Assembly: GCF_964188315.1 (NCBI RefSeq)
Contig: NC_135667.1
Location: 11,594,001-11,658,000, forward strand
Reading direction: 5' to 3'
DNA from: Podarcis muralis
Taxonomy: Eukaryota
DNA length: 64,000 bases
Below the pieces are notes generated by a model, which saw only the letters and a list, made by a program, of their open reading frames with translations, made no database searches and had not been told where the DNA came from. Position numbers and translations under genes: made by a program. Shown here in pieces: positions 39,077 to 51,100 of this stretch (its first letter is position 1; every line of letters begins with the position of its first letter).

Positions 39077-42000
39077 TAAGCTGATTTAAAGGTTGTAGGT
39101 TGTGTTTTATATAATATTGGTTTATTGAGATTGTATTTGCATATGGTGTATGTTTTTAAGCCCCCAAGAGAGGACATTGCCTGATAGAGCAGTATAAAAA
39201 GGTATAAAGAAATAAGGAATGACAACAAAATGTTAGCAGGGCCTAACATGTATTACAGAAAATAGATGTTTCCTGTCATTACTTTATGTGAGATTTATGA
39301 GTCAAGCCTTCAGTTTGTAACATTCAATGAAATGCAAATCTAGTTTTAATCCATTTATAAGACTGAGTATAGAACTTTGAATCTTTCTGAGTTTGAATAC
39401 AGAAGGAATGTGCCCCCTGTGTACTATTGCTTAAAGCATGATAAATATCAGATGGAAGAAGAATTCTACAAACTAATTAATACTAAACTCTTCCCTTAAC
39501 TTTATTCAATGTTAAATTTCCAATATCTTTGGATAGGTGCCACCCCTTTCAGAATGTAATGGCATCTGCCAACCTGGTTATGGGAAGAAAAAGAAAGAAG
39601 GAGAGAAATTTTGCTGCTATGATTGTGCTCCATGTCCAGATGGGATGGTCTCAAACGAGAAGGGTAGGACATGCTATTTCATGGTAGACCAGATTGCCCA
39701 AGTTTCTGAAGTAATATATGAGAGGCTGTTTTGCAAGTTTGTTATAATTAACTTGGCACATTTTTTAAAATTATGTTGTTGTACATTGTTCTCAGTGTTC
39801 ATTTAGGCCCCCAGTTGTAACAAACTAGGCAAGTGGGGAAAGGATGGGGTGGGTTCAACCCAAAAAATATTCTTAGGAATATCTATTTCTAGCTATTTTT
39901 TCATTGTTAGCTCAGTACCTTCCTATCCAGGACTTAGTGTGGCCTGGTTTGATGGCTGGAGAACTTGGAGGATAATGAATTGTTATTTTGAAATCATTCA
40001 GACCAAGCAAGTGAGAGAAGAATCGTAACCCGAGGTACCACTGTAATTATATAAAAATCACTACGAACATTCGCATAAAGATTTTATGGCTTTAACAAGA
40101 GCACTGGTAAAAATGCCGGTATTATTTAGGATTAAAAAATAAGGGATCAGGATTTTCTAGTATTAAAACTTATTGGGCAATAGTAATACTCAGAATTGAC
40201 CCACTGAAATCAATTTATGTATTTATTTCATAAAATTTATAAACCACTTCATAATGGAAAACCTCTAATTGGTTGACAAGTTGCTTAAGTCTATTTATTT
40301 CAGTGGGACTACCTTGAGTATGATTTGGTGGGATGGCACTCATTATACAAACTGTAATTGCTGATTAATATATGGAATAAAGAACCTGTGGTATTTAAAA
40401 GCAGGCTATGAGGGAATGCTTGTACATCTAGGACACACATGCTGCTTCTGTTGAAAATTCCAGGTTATGTGTAGGATTTGTACGAATCTTGGTCAGAAAG
40501 GTATCAAAAATTGCATGATGAGCTATAATGTTTGGTGGACTGCTGCTGCTACAGATTTTAATATTCGGAACTATTCTGGTTCAATATTTTGTTAACTTCT
40601 TTTCAGATTTAGAAAATTGTGCAAGTTGTGCAAAGGATCTATACCCAAACAAAGGCCGGGATCTATGCATTCCTAAGATACCAAACTTCTTAGCTTTTGA
40701 TGATGTGCTGGCCATTGTTTCAACTTCCACTGCACTTTTATTGTCCCTGATCACAGCTCTGGTGCTGGGCATCTTCATTAAGCATCGGGATACAGCCATA
40801 GTCAAAGCCAACAACAGAAGCCTCACCTACATTCTCCTCATCTCCCTCCTCGTGTGTTTCCTCTGTTCTTTGTTGTTCATTGGAAAACCTAATAAGGTGA
40901 CCTGCCTTCTCCGACAAACCGCTTTTGGCATCGTCTTCTCTATGGCCCTCTCTAGCATCTTGGCCAAAACTATATCAGTGGTTTTGGCATTCATGGCTAC
41001 TAAGCCAGGATCCTCTATCAGGAAATGGGTGGGGGAAAGACTGGCTTACTCCATAGTCCTTTCCTGCTCTAAAACTCAAGTAGTGATATGTGCACTCTGG
41101 CTGACAATCTCTCCTCCATTCCCAGATTTGGACATGCACTCAATGAAGGAAGGAATTATATTTCTGTGTAATGAAGGGTCAGTCCTCATGTTTTACTGTG
41201 TCTTGGGCTATATGGGTTTCCTGGCCATTGTCAGCTTCACGGTGGCCTTCTTAGCCAGGAAGTTGCCTGACAGTTTCAATGAAGCCAAGTTCATCACCTT
41301 CAGCATGTTGGTCTTCTGCAGCGTTTGGCTCTCCTTTATTCCAACTTACCTGAGCACCAGAGGAAAATACATGGTGGCTGTGGAGATCTTCTCCATCCTG
41401 GCTTCCAGTGCTGGATTACTGGCTTGCATCTTTTCCCCTAAATGCTATATTATTGTGATGAGGCCTGAGTTAAACAACAGAGAGCAATTGATACGGAGGA
41501 AGATATAAATGACAGAAGTTTTTGTTGGGTCTTAGGCTACCTGGCCTTGCTGACAATTAACAGTCTCATTGCACCTTTCCTAGTCAGGAAGTTGAAAAAA
41601 ATATAAATAATAGAAGGATTCATCATATCATTTATGTCCTTGTTATTCCATATAGGAACATGTGTCTTTTATATGAATTGGGACTGTGTGAAGGAATGAA
41701 ACTGTGGATAAGATCCAATATCACTTTCATAAGACATTTGTAGCAGATCAGTCTAGGCAATGGAAAAATTCTGGAGAGCTTCAAAATCATCTACACATAG
41801 GGTGAACTAGTACACCCTAATTACATTTCTTATCTGAGTTAAAGACTGGTGACAGGGAGCTTCTTAACCATGTCAGATTGCCTCAGATCAGATGTGTTGT
41901 TTCTAAAGTGATAAGACAATATTATCCAGTGTCCCTACCTCCTAATAACATTAGAACTCTGTCCAGAATTGTTTCCAGTAAGCAGTTAGTATGATAGCAA

Positions 42001-42369
42001 ACAATGTCCAATACATCTTATGTAGGTTGAAGGGTGTAACAGCCCCCAGTTCTAGCAAATTAGGCAAGTGGAAAGGATGGGGTGGGTTCAACTCTAAAAA
42101 TACTCTTAGGAATATCTCTTTCTAGCTATTTTTTCATTGTTAGCTCAGTACCTTCCTATCCAGGACCTAGTGTGGGCTGGTTTGATGGCTGGAGAACTTT
42201 GCCCCCCTACTAATATTAATTGAGAACCAAAGCTAGTTTCAGTTTTTGCTGTCATAAATCAATGAGCTAGCAATGGGGAAAAAAAGCTAGAAAGAGATTG
42301 TGCTGATTAGCCACTCCATCCATCACCCTCCTGTCTTGTGTAACCCTCCGTTGGTCCTTCTTTTCACCC

Positions 42370-43743
42370 ACTTCACATAGACTGAGCACAAAATGGTTCT
42401 GAGGCCTGATGCAATATGATGGGTAAGCAGGGATATTCTTTATTACACAGATATGCAGTAATTTTCACAGCTTTGCTTTCAAGATGCAACTTTAAAGGGC
42501 ACAATTTTAATATATCATCTTCCTGGGCTGTCGGTGGAGCTGGGTGGACATAGATCACTGGATATTGTTTTTAAATTATCATACAGCGTATATTTTTCCA
42601 GAAATTTGTATGAGCTGTCCAGAAGATAACCATCCAAACAAGGGCTATGATCACTGTGTTCAAAGATACCAGTTTTCCTAGCTTTTGATGACACTTTGGC
42701 CATCATTTCATTTCCCCCCCCCCTGCATTTCTACAGGCTCTGGTCACAGCTCTGGTGTTGGGCATCTTCTTTAAGCACCGGGACACTGCCATAGTCAAAG
42801 CCAACAACAGAAGCCTCACCTACATTCTCCTCAGCTCCCTTCTGTTGTGTTTCCTCTGCTCTTTGTTGTTCATCAGAATGCCTAATGAGGCAACTTGCCT
42901 TCTCCGACAAACAAGTTCTGACACCATATTCTCTGTAGCCAACAACAACAACAACAACAACAATTTTATTTATATCCCAACCTCCCCAGCCAAAGCCAGG
43001 CTCAGAGTAGCTAACAACAGTAAAAATAGCACAGTTTACATAGAATCACAATCAGTTAATTGAAATATTTTCTAAAATCAATTCAGAATCAAATTAATGG
43101 CAATCATTAGGTTAGTGTTCTATGAGGATTATAGAAGGAGAGAGGGGGTCAGACTGTGCCTTGGCCAAAGGCCTGGTGGAACAGCTATATCTTGCAGGCC
43201 CTGCGGAAAGATGTCAAGTCCCGCAGGGCCCTAGTCCCTTCTGACAGATCAGGGCCACGGCCGAAAAAGTCCTGGCTCTGGTTGAGGCCAGCCTAACTTC
43301 CCTGTGGCCCAGGATCTCCAAGATGTTTTTATTTGAAGACCATAAGGTCCTCCGTGGGACTTACCAGGAGAGGCGGTCCTGTAGGTATGAGGGTCCTAGG
43401 CCATATCGGGCTTTAAGGTTAAAACCAGCACCTTAAACCTGATCCTGTACTCCACCAGGAGCCAGTGCAGCTGGTATAGCACCGGGTGAATGTGATCCTA
43501 TGGCAAGGACCTCGTAAGGAGTCTCGCCGCGGCATTCTGCACCCGCTGGAGTTTCTGGGTCAGTCTCAAGGGCAGCCCCACGTAGAGTGAGTTACAATAA
43601 TCAAGCCTGGAGGTGACTGTTGTGTGGATCACAGTGGCTAGGTCAGGGCGAGAGAGGTAAGGAGCCAACTGCTTAGCTTGGCGGAGATGAAAAAATGCAT
43701 CATGGCCAAAACTATCTCTGTGGTTTTGGCATTCATGGCTACT
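42370..43743 (+). pseudogene. Orphan V2R intron-5/exon-6 relic most like gene E, frameshifted and split by an L2
   Basis: [11 protein letters not shown]...[18 protein letters not shown]...[12 protein letters not shown] up to ~42938; resumes [13 protein letters not shown] at ~43698-43743; upstream intron aligns with 52530-52740. Confidence 0.85.
42939..43697 (-). mobile_element. L2 3' fragment with (GTT)n tail
   Basis: AFFHLRQAKQLAPYLSRPDLATVIHTTVTSRLDYCNSLYVGLP...KLQRVQNAAARLL is L2 ORF2. Confidence 0.88.
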
Positions 43744-43940
43744 GTTATGTACTGAAGTTCTCACCCTGGGCCAGCAGGAGGATATTGTAGATAGTTATGC
43801 AAATGAAGGATTGAAAGTGATGTTCAGTGATTGGATAGTTTGTATGCAAATGAAGGTTCGAAAGTGACGTTCAGTGATTAGATAGTTTTAGAAAATGGCA
43901 ACAGTTACATTGTTCTGGAGCTCTATATAAGCATGTTATT
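43743..43940 (+). mobile_element. Probable LTR 5' (U3) fragment
   Basis: Starts abruptly with TGTTATG at the relic breakpoint; 47-bp direct repeat containing ATGCAAAT; TATATAA at 43924-43930; no 3' end or TSD found. Confidence 0.4.
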
Positions 43941-44170
43941 AGAGTTTTATTTCCCAGACGTCCTGTGTGTTGACATTGTTTGGATCTTTTCTATCACTGT
44001 TCTAAAGATCCAGAGAAAAACAGGAGTAGTTAATATTACATAGGTCAGATGGTGTGACACTTTCAATGGTTGCCTATTAGACTAGCCAAAAAAAAGAAAA
44101 GAAAAAAGCTTTCTGTTGTTTTGAACTGTTTTAAATTTTCTTTAATATTGTGTTTTAATATTAATGTTGT

Positions 44171-44386
44171 AGTTACAGATAGGTAGCCGTGTTGGTCTGC
44201 CATAGTCAAAACAAAAAAATTTCCTTCCAGTAGCACCTTAAAGACCAACTAAGTTAGTTCTTGGTATGAGCTTTCGTGTGCATGCACACTTGTATCTGAA
44301 GAAGTGTGCATGCACACGAAAGCTCATACCAAGAACTAACTTAGTTGGTCTTTAAGGTGCTACTGGAAGGAATTTTTTTTGTTTTG
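44171..44386. mobile_element. Penelope-like palindromic short insertion
   Basis: Long internal inverted repeat; 14-bp TSD AATATTAATGTTGT (44157-44170 and 44387-44400); same family as 54441-54682. Confidence 0.7.
44292..44329 (+). ncRNA. Minimal type I hammerhead ribozyme motif
   Basis: GUAU-CUGAAGA-A-GUGUGCAUGCACAC-GAAA-GC-UC-AUAC: core CUGANGA and GAAA, stem I GUAU/AUAC, stem II hairpin, palindromic AGCU stem III. Confidence 0.7.
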
Positions 44387-45772
44387 AATATTAATGTTGT
44401 GTTTCATTTGTTGTAACCTGCCCTGGGACCTTAGGGTAAGCACAGGTAATAGACAACAACAACAACAATAATCACAACAACAACAACAACAACAACAACA
44501 TTTCATTCTTTAAAAAATAAATATTGAGGTTCTTTCACAGAGTGAGCTTTGTTTGTTCACCAGCAAGATTTTTGCAGAAGAATTTCAAATCAGATAACCA
44601 GCATTCAATAATTTTGCAGCTGTCAATTTCCCACTTTGACAGGGGAGGTTTGAGACCTGTTCCTACTCCATCACAGAAGTGAATGTCTTCCCTGCAATTA
44701 TCTAAATCACTATACTCGATCGGTATGGCCTAACCTCCAGTGATTTGCAAGAAGGCAGATAGGAAAACAAAATTCAACACCTGAGTATGAAATGATTATA
44801 AGCACTCCAGTAATCCACAGACTGCTAAGATTAGGTATAAGAGAGAGGCAGGGCTCTGTCATTTTGATCAATTTCCCTCTTTCTTTGTATAGAAAATCAG
44901 GTTGCTGTTTTTTAATTGGCGTTCAAGCCATGCCATTGTAAGCCTTGCTTCCATAATGCTGCTGAGGTTTATGGTAAGGTGTATACACATCCCTTTGAGT
45001 ACTGCACTAGCAGAGTTTGTTGCCACCCAAGACATCTTGTTTAAATCAGGCTGATGAGAGTATTAATGCTAACATGAATGTTGCAGACTGAAAGATTCAA
45101 GAGAGTCCATGTTCAGGGGGAGTTGTGCTCTCAGAATGGTGCTTCTTCTGCTGCTGCTGCTGCTTTCAGATATGGTGTGCAAAGTTCAAAATGTGACTTG
45201 CTTGAGAAATACTGCTGTATATATTCCACATGAATGGCATGAGCGAGGTGATCTCATCATTGGTGGAATGGCATCTCATATCCATTACATTTTCCCCCAA
45301 CTTTTGTTCAACCAACACCCTGCTCAGTCCTCTGTTAAAACCCCATTGTAAGTAAATGGTCTTTAATTTTATCTTACTGATTCTTTTATATTCATAAGAT
45401 TGACTGTGAAGTATTTTAAAAAAAAATTAGAAGAGTTTTTTAATGGATGGAAGGAAGGACACAATTGTTAATAAGAATATGAAATGATCAAAAAGTGAAC
45501 ATAGACTATGATGGACATTTCAAAACATGACATTTTTGTGATCCAATTTTCATTGTTCTGGTTATACTGCATAGCTGCTTAGCCGCTAGTAGACTGCATA
45601 TCACATGTTGACCTCAGCCTAATTCACTGTGAATGGAGGAGAGAGGAAAAAATGAGGGAAAGAGAGAAGGCAGTAAGAAGAACAAACTGGGTGGCAGAAA
45701 GAGAGGAAATGGAAGTGGTAGACCTACCAAACAAATCACTTTGGGGAAATAAGTCATTCTATGATTATTTGT

Positions 45773-46120
45773 GGGACGCGGGTAAAACCTCAGCGCCTAG
45801 GACTTGCCGATCGTCAGGTCAGCGGTTCGAATCCCCGCGGTGGGGTGCGCTCCTGTTGCTCGGTCCCAGCGCCTGCCAACCTAGCAGTTCGAAAGCACTC
45901 TCGGGTGCAAGTAGATAAATAGGGACCGCTCCGGCGGGAAGGTAAACGGCGTTTCCGTGTGCTGCGCTGGCTTGCCAGATGCAGCTTGTCACGCTGGCCA
46001 TGTGACCCGGAAGTGTCCTCGGACAGCGCTGGCCCCCGGCCTCTTAAGCGAGATGGGCGCGCAACCCCAGAGTCGGACACGACTGGCCCGTACGGGCAGG
46101 GGTACCTTTACCTTTTACCT
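45773..46120 (+). mobile_element. Sauria SINE in gene E intron 1
   Basis: Same family with a short head deletion; flanking repeat TATGATTA (45760-45767 and 46121-46128). Confidence 0.88.
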
Positions 46121-46519
46121 TATGATTAGATGCCCAAAATATCTGCACCACACACTTCAGATATGTTTTGACCAATTTGTCTGCTTTAAAAATCGCAGTC
46201 TAGGGTGCATCCAGGTTTTGCAAAATTGCATTTGCTGAGGCCTTCATTATACAAATAAATGTAAAAATCAACAAATATTATTTATCTTCTTGTAGTTGTT
46301 GTTTCACAGTCTTTTCATCAGCCACCCTGACTTCTTCAATGGCTTACTCATTTGTTTTCAACAGATCCACAATCAACTTCATGCTTTTACTCTCTGGGAT
46401 TTTTTCCTCCAAAATTTTTTTAGATAAAGTAGGGACACCAAATCTCTGGAATGCCTGCCCTATGAAGACCCACCTGCTCCTAACACCTTGTTGCCTTTAG
46501 ATGCCAGACAAAAATTGTT

Positions 46520-46900
46520 ATTTATAAAGATCCTTTGTGCTACTTGCACAATTTTCTACATCTGAAAAGACGTTATCAAAATATTGAACCATAATTATTC
46601 TGAATATTAAAATCTGCATCAGCAGTCATCCACCAAGTATTATATTTGCAAATTTTGAATACTTTCTTCTCAATTTTCTTCTAAATCCTTCACATAGTCT
46701 GGAATTTTCAACAGAAACAGCATGATTTTACTCTGAACTCCTCCTTAGACATTTATATTTTCTTAATTACTGAATGCCATAAATTATTACTGCTCCACAT
46801 AAATATATATATACTAGCATTCCCCCATAGCCTGTTTTTGAATACCAAAGGTTCTTTATCTCATATATGTTCTTTATTCCATATATTAATCAGGAGTTAC
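46520..46900 (-). pseudogene. Inverted fragment of V2R intron 5 plus the first ~40 bp of exon 6, inside intron 1 of gene E
   Basis: Aligns with gene C 19960-20260, including the acceptor and DVENCASSTKDLYK* (compare [14 protein letters not shown]). Confidence 0.75.
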
Positions 46901-47761
46901 AATAATAAAGTCATGAAGTATTGGTTTCAAAGACACTTAATAATTAAAACTGAAAATGAAATCTCTGTTCAATCTATCTGAGATATTAACAATCTGATTT
47001 GGCTTGAATACAGTTCTTATTCCTAACATACATAATTATATGAAGCAAAAGTCTAAACGCACAATTCAGGCAATAGTAACCAGAATAGATTTTTCCATTT
47101 TCCAATAAGAAAATCACCAGCTAATTATTAAATTGTTTGTTTGTGCCTTATCCTCATAGTCAGGCAGTTGAAACTATCATATTTAGAGTGGGTGAATATT
47201 GTGCTAAAATGATTTTGTGTACTAGTAACAAATGATTTGCAGTGTGGTGACAAAGTTTTACCAGCACATCCTGGCCCTGGTGTTTGCTGTTGATGAGGTC
47301 AATGAGAATCCCAAGATCTTACCCAATGTCACTCTCGGATTCCACATCTATGACAGTTACTCCAATCCAAAAATGGCCTACCGTAGTACTCTGGACCTAC
47401 TCTTCAAAGCACATCAATTTGTCCCCAACTACAAATGTGACACTCAGGAAAATGCAATAGGAGTCATTGGGGGATTGAGCTCTGATATCTCCTCATGCAT
47501 GGCAGACATCTTAGGTCTTTACAAGATTCCACAGGTAGGATCTGAGCATGAGCGCCATGGCAATGTCTTTTTATCCCTGCCATAAATCTCTTCCCATTAG
47601 GAATTTGGTATAAAATGGAAACGACTGCATGAGATATAATTTGGGTATTCAAAAGTATGGGGGGGGGGAGAGATAATAAAAATCATGTAATGATGAGAAT
47701 TTATGTAAGTTAATGGGGCAAATATTGAAAGGAAAGTTATACCAAGAAAGAGTATGTGTGG

Positions 47762-47806
<45 letters not shown>

Positions 47807-50376
47807 TCACTCTTCAAGGATCTCAGGGCAGTTCATACGATAAAAATACAGGATAAAAGTACAAAATAAATAGTTAAAACAAAACAAAACAGTAACATTA
47901 ACCCCCTTCCAACAAACTCATTTAAAAGTCCATAGAATATTAAATAGCTTTTCCTTTTTTCCTTTTCAGATTTCATATGGTTCATTTGAACCAGAAGTGA
48001 ATTATCAACTCAAGCTCCCTTCTTTTTATCGCATGGTCCCCAATGAAGCCCTTCAGTATCAAGGAATTGTCCAGTTATTGCTACATTTCAGATGGAAATG
48101 GGTTGGGCTCATCATTCCAGATAATGAAAGTGGAGAACGATTCTTGAAGGCCATGGAGCTAATGTTTTCCAAGAATCAGATATGTTCAGCATATGCTGAA
48201 AGAGTTCAATACAACCTGCACTCCTCTGGCAGCGTCATTGATATGGCATCTGAAACAAGGGTTGTATTACCCCCTTTCCTGAAGAGCAAAGCCAATGCAG
48301 TTGTTATATATGGAGAAAGAGCAGCTATTATGTGGTTAGGAGTAGCTCTGAGGATAGCTAGGATGGTTCAGATGATATTTCCTCAATACAAAGAGGTCTC
48401 TACAGCAAAAGTATGGATTACGACAGCCCAAATTGATTTCACATTAAACATATTTCAAAAACAATTTCGCACTGATATACAAATTTTCCATGGTGCTATC
48501 TCCTTTGCTATTCATTCTAAAGAGCTGCAGAACTTCCAAGAATTTCTTTCGGCCGTAAATCCTTCCTGGGAAGATGGCGATGGTTTTATCAAAGATTTCT
48601 GGGAACAGGCATTCAGTTGTATGCTTTCAAACAGCAGTGTGTCACCAGGTATTGATGAAACGTGTGATGGAGAGGAGGCTCTCGAGAACATTCCGTCTCC
48701 TTATTTTGAAATGAGCATGACCGGCCACAGCTACAGTATCTATAATGCTGTCTACGCTCTAGCACACGCTTTACATAGCATGTACTCAGCTAGCGTCAAC
48801 CACAGGACAATGGAGTACAGGAGCAGGCTGTCTCCTCAGAATGTGGAAGCCTGGCAGGTATTTTTTCCTACTTCCATGTAATCCTGCAGTGTCACATGTA
48901 ACCATGGGCAAGTTCTGGAATTTAGCCCCTTTAGGACAATAATAAAATTTAAGTAATTCTATTTATCGAAAAGGGGAGTATAATGTAGGCTGCCTTCAGA
49001 TGTCTTCTAAAAGTCAGATAGTTTATTTCCTTGACATCTGATAGGAAGGCGTTCCACAGGGTGGGTGCCACAACCGAGAAGGCCCTCTGCCTAGTTCCCT
49101 GTAACTTTACTTAAACTAGCAGCAGGCATTTAAAAGGTTAAAACTAACGAGGCAGCCTTCAGTTGTTGAATTTACACTGTGCCATAATTTGCCACTCTCA
49201 TCTTCCATCTGCTTCCAAAAGTTGGACACCTTCCATTAGTCTTATTGGGAATAAGTCTATACAGAACTTTTTATTTTCTCGTTTTCCTTCTAGCTCCATG
49301 CATTTCTTCAGAGGATCTCATTCAACAACAGCGCTGGAGATGAAATTACATTAAATGAACATGGAGAACTGGCATCTGGTTTTGATATTAGAAACTTGGT
49401 CACGTTCCCAAATCAATCCTACGCTAGGGTCAAAGTGGGAAGTCTGGATCCACAGGCTCCTTCTGGAAAAGAGCTCACCATCAATGAGGACAGAATCAAA
49501 TGGATTAAAGACCTGGCTCAGGTGGGAAATAGCTGTACAGTCTTCCAAATGCCAACATTATTAGTCACTCAATGAAACAGAAGGGCAAGAGGTGTAAAGA
49601 AAACAAAAAGAACATTCCTTCGCATAATACATTATTTAATTTGAAATTCACTGGAATACCATTCCATTCAAATGTATGGCCATAGCTGTGACTTTGTCTT
49701 AGTCCTGCCATTAAATTCAGAGTAGCAAGTACTAAACAGAGGTAGTTTCAAGCACACGGCTCTCCTGCCTGTGTCAATACCAGCCTTTAAGAGGGTTATA
49801 TATATCCATCTGTTCCGTCTGACATTTTATTAAGATTATTTTATTGCAATTCGTTCTGTTTTTAAAATATCATTTTTAGGCTGCAGGTTATTGGCTGTGT
49901 GAGTCGCCCCCCCCCCATTATATAAATTTGTACTTATTGTACAAATTAGAGTTGGCTGTTCACTATTGTGTTGGCTGAGCTTTCATTGTACATGATATTG
50001 AAACTGACACCCCCCCTCAAATTTCTGTAAATCATCTTGAGAGCATGGTCCTTTCCGGCATACCCAAAGTTATAGAAATAAAAAAGCTATGACAACAAAA
50101 AGAAGGCATTTTTGCTTCTCAGAAGTATATAAATAAATAATGGAAGAACAATAAAAACTGTACCATCCAGAGAAGGCATCTCAGACTAAGATGGAGCAGT
50201 GGTTGTCAGAAAACCGATGATGTTGCTTGCCATAACTTTCTTCGAAATCCTAAGCTAGTTCTGCCTTTGGATGGACTAAATATGGACCTTCTAACCTTTT
50301 TGAGTTTCTGTGATGCTCAGTAGAGAAATTATTCCTCACACAGGATGTGCCACTTCTTCAACTATGAACCATATAT

Positions 50377-50512
50377 CAGGCTTCCTCAACCTCTGCCCTC
50401 CAGATGTTTTGAGACTACAATTCCCATAATCCCTGACCACTGGTCCTGCTAGTTAGGGATCATGGCAGTTGTAGGCCAAAAACATCTGGAGGGCTGAGCC
50501 TGAGGAAGCCTG
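50377..50512. mobile_element. hAT-like hairpin MITE
   Basis: TIRs CAGGCTTCCTCA and TGAGGAAGCCTG; 8-bp TSD ccatatat/ccttatat (7/8). Confidence 0.8.
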
Positions 50513-50589
50513 CCTTATATTATGTATCACTGGCCTTCTAATTTACTAGGGTGCTATAGGATGAAATCCCTACATATTTTTCAATACTA

Positions 50590-50631
<42 letters not shown>

Positions 50632-50829
50632 TAATGCTAGAAGCCTCTAAGGCAAGATGAGTAAGCTGTATTACTTTGTCTTAGATGAGAGCATGGGTAT
50701 AATGGGCATAATTTAAACCTGGTGGAATAGAGAGAAACTGGATAAAAACTTTTCATGAGGGATTAAGGGCATTCTAGAGGTGATGTCACTTTGTATGTCA
50801 AAGAGGACAAAGTTTCCAGGAGCAAATCC

Positions 50830-51100
50830 CCAAAACAGCAGTGTACTTATAGAATTGCTGTGGGTGATAGTACAAAGACCTAAGAGTGATTTAATACTAG
50901 TATCTCCTATCTTCCCTGTGAGCAAAATGCCTATGGTGAACTTGAGATGGAGAACAAAATCCAGAACGCATAAAAAAGGAAACTGTGGTAATGGGTGACT
51001 TCCGTTATTCTCACATAGATTGGAACATTCATGTACCCAGCCATGACAAGGAAGTAAAATGTCTAGATAGCCTGAATGACTGTGTCCCAGTTAGTCATAG
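50830..51100 (+). mobile_element. Degraded CR1 endonuclease relic
   Basis: VVMGDFRYSHIDW resembles CR1 VVMGDFNYPDIDW. Confidence 0.5.

Larger units (their letters stand above)
33110..41508 (+). pseudogene. V2R gene D, inverted duplicate of C. Exons 33110-33318, 36263-36554, 36953-37833, 38204-38431, 39537-39663, 40607-41508; 1-bp deletion in exon 3
   Basis: Exon 3 is 881 bp versus 882 bp in C. GAA GGC TTC AGT replaces GAA GGC CTT CAG at ~37033, giving a premature TAA at 37100-37102. Other exons are open with canonical splice sites. A sequencing error is not excluded. Confidence 0.85.
18800..41810. repeat. Large inverted segmental duplication (left arm ~18800-29860, right arm ~31955-41810)
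   Basis: Exons, introns and flanks of C and D align as reverse complements; weaker homology extends to ~18165 and ~42115. Confidence 0.93.
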
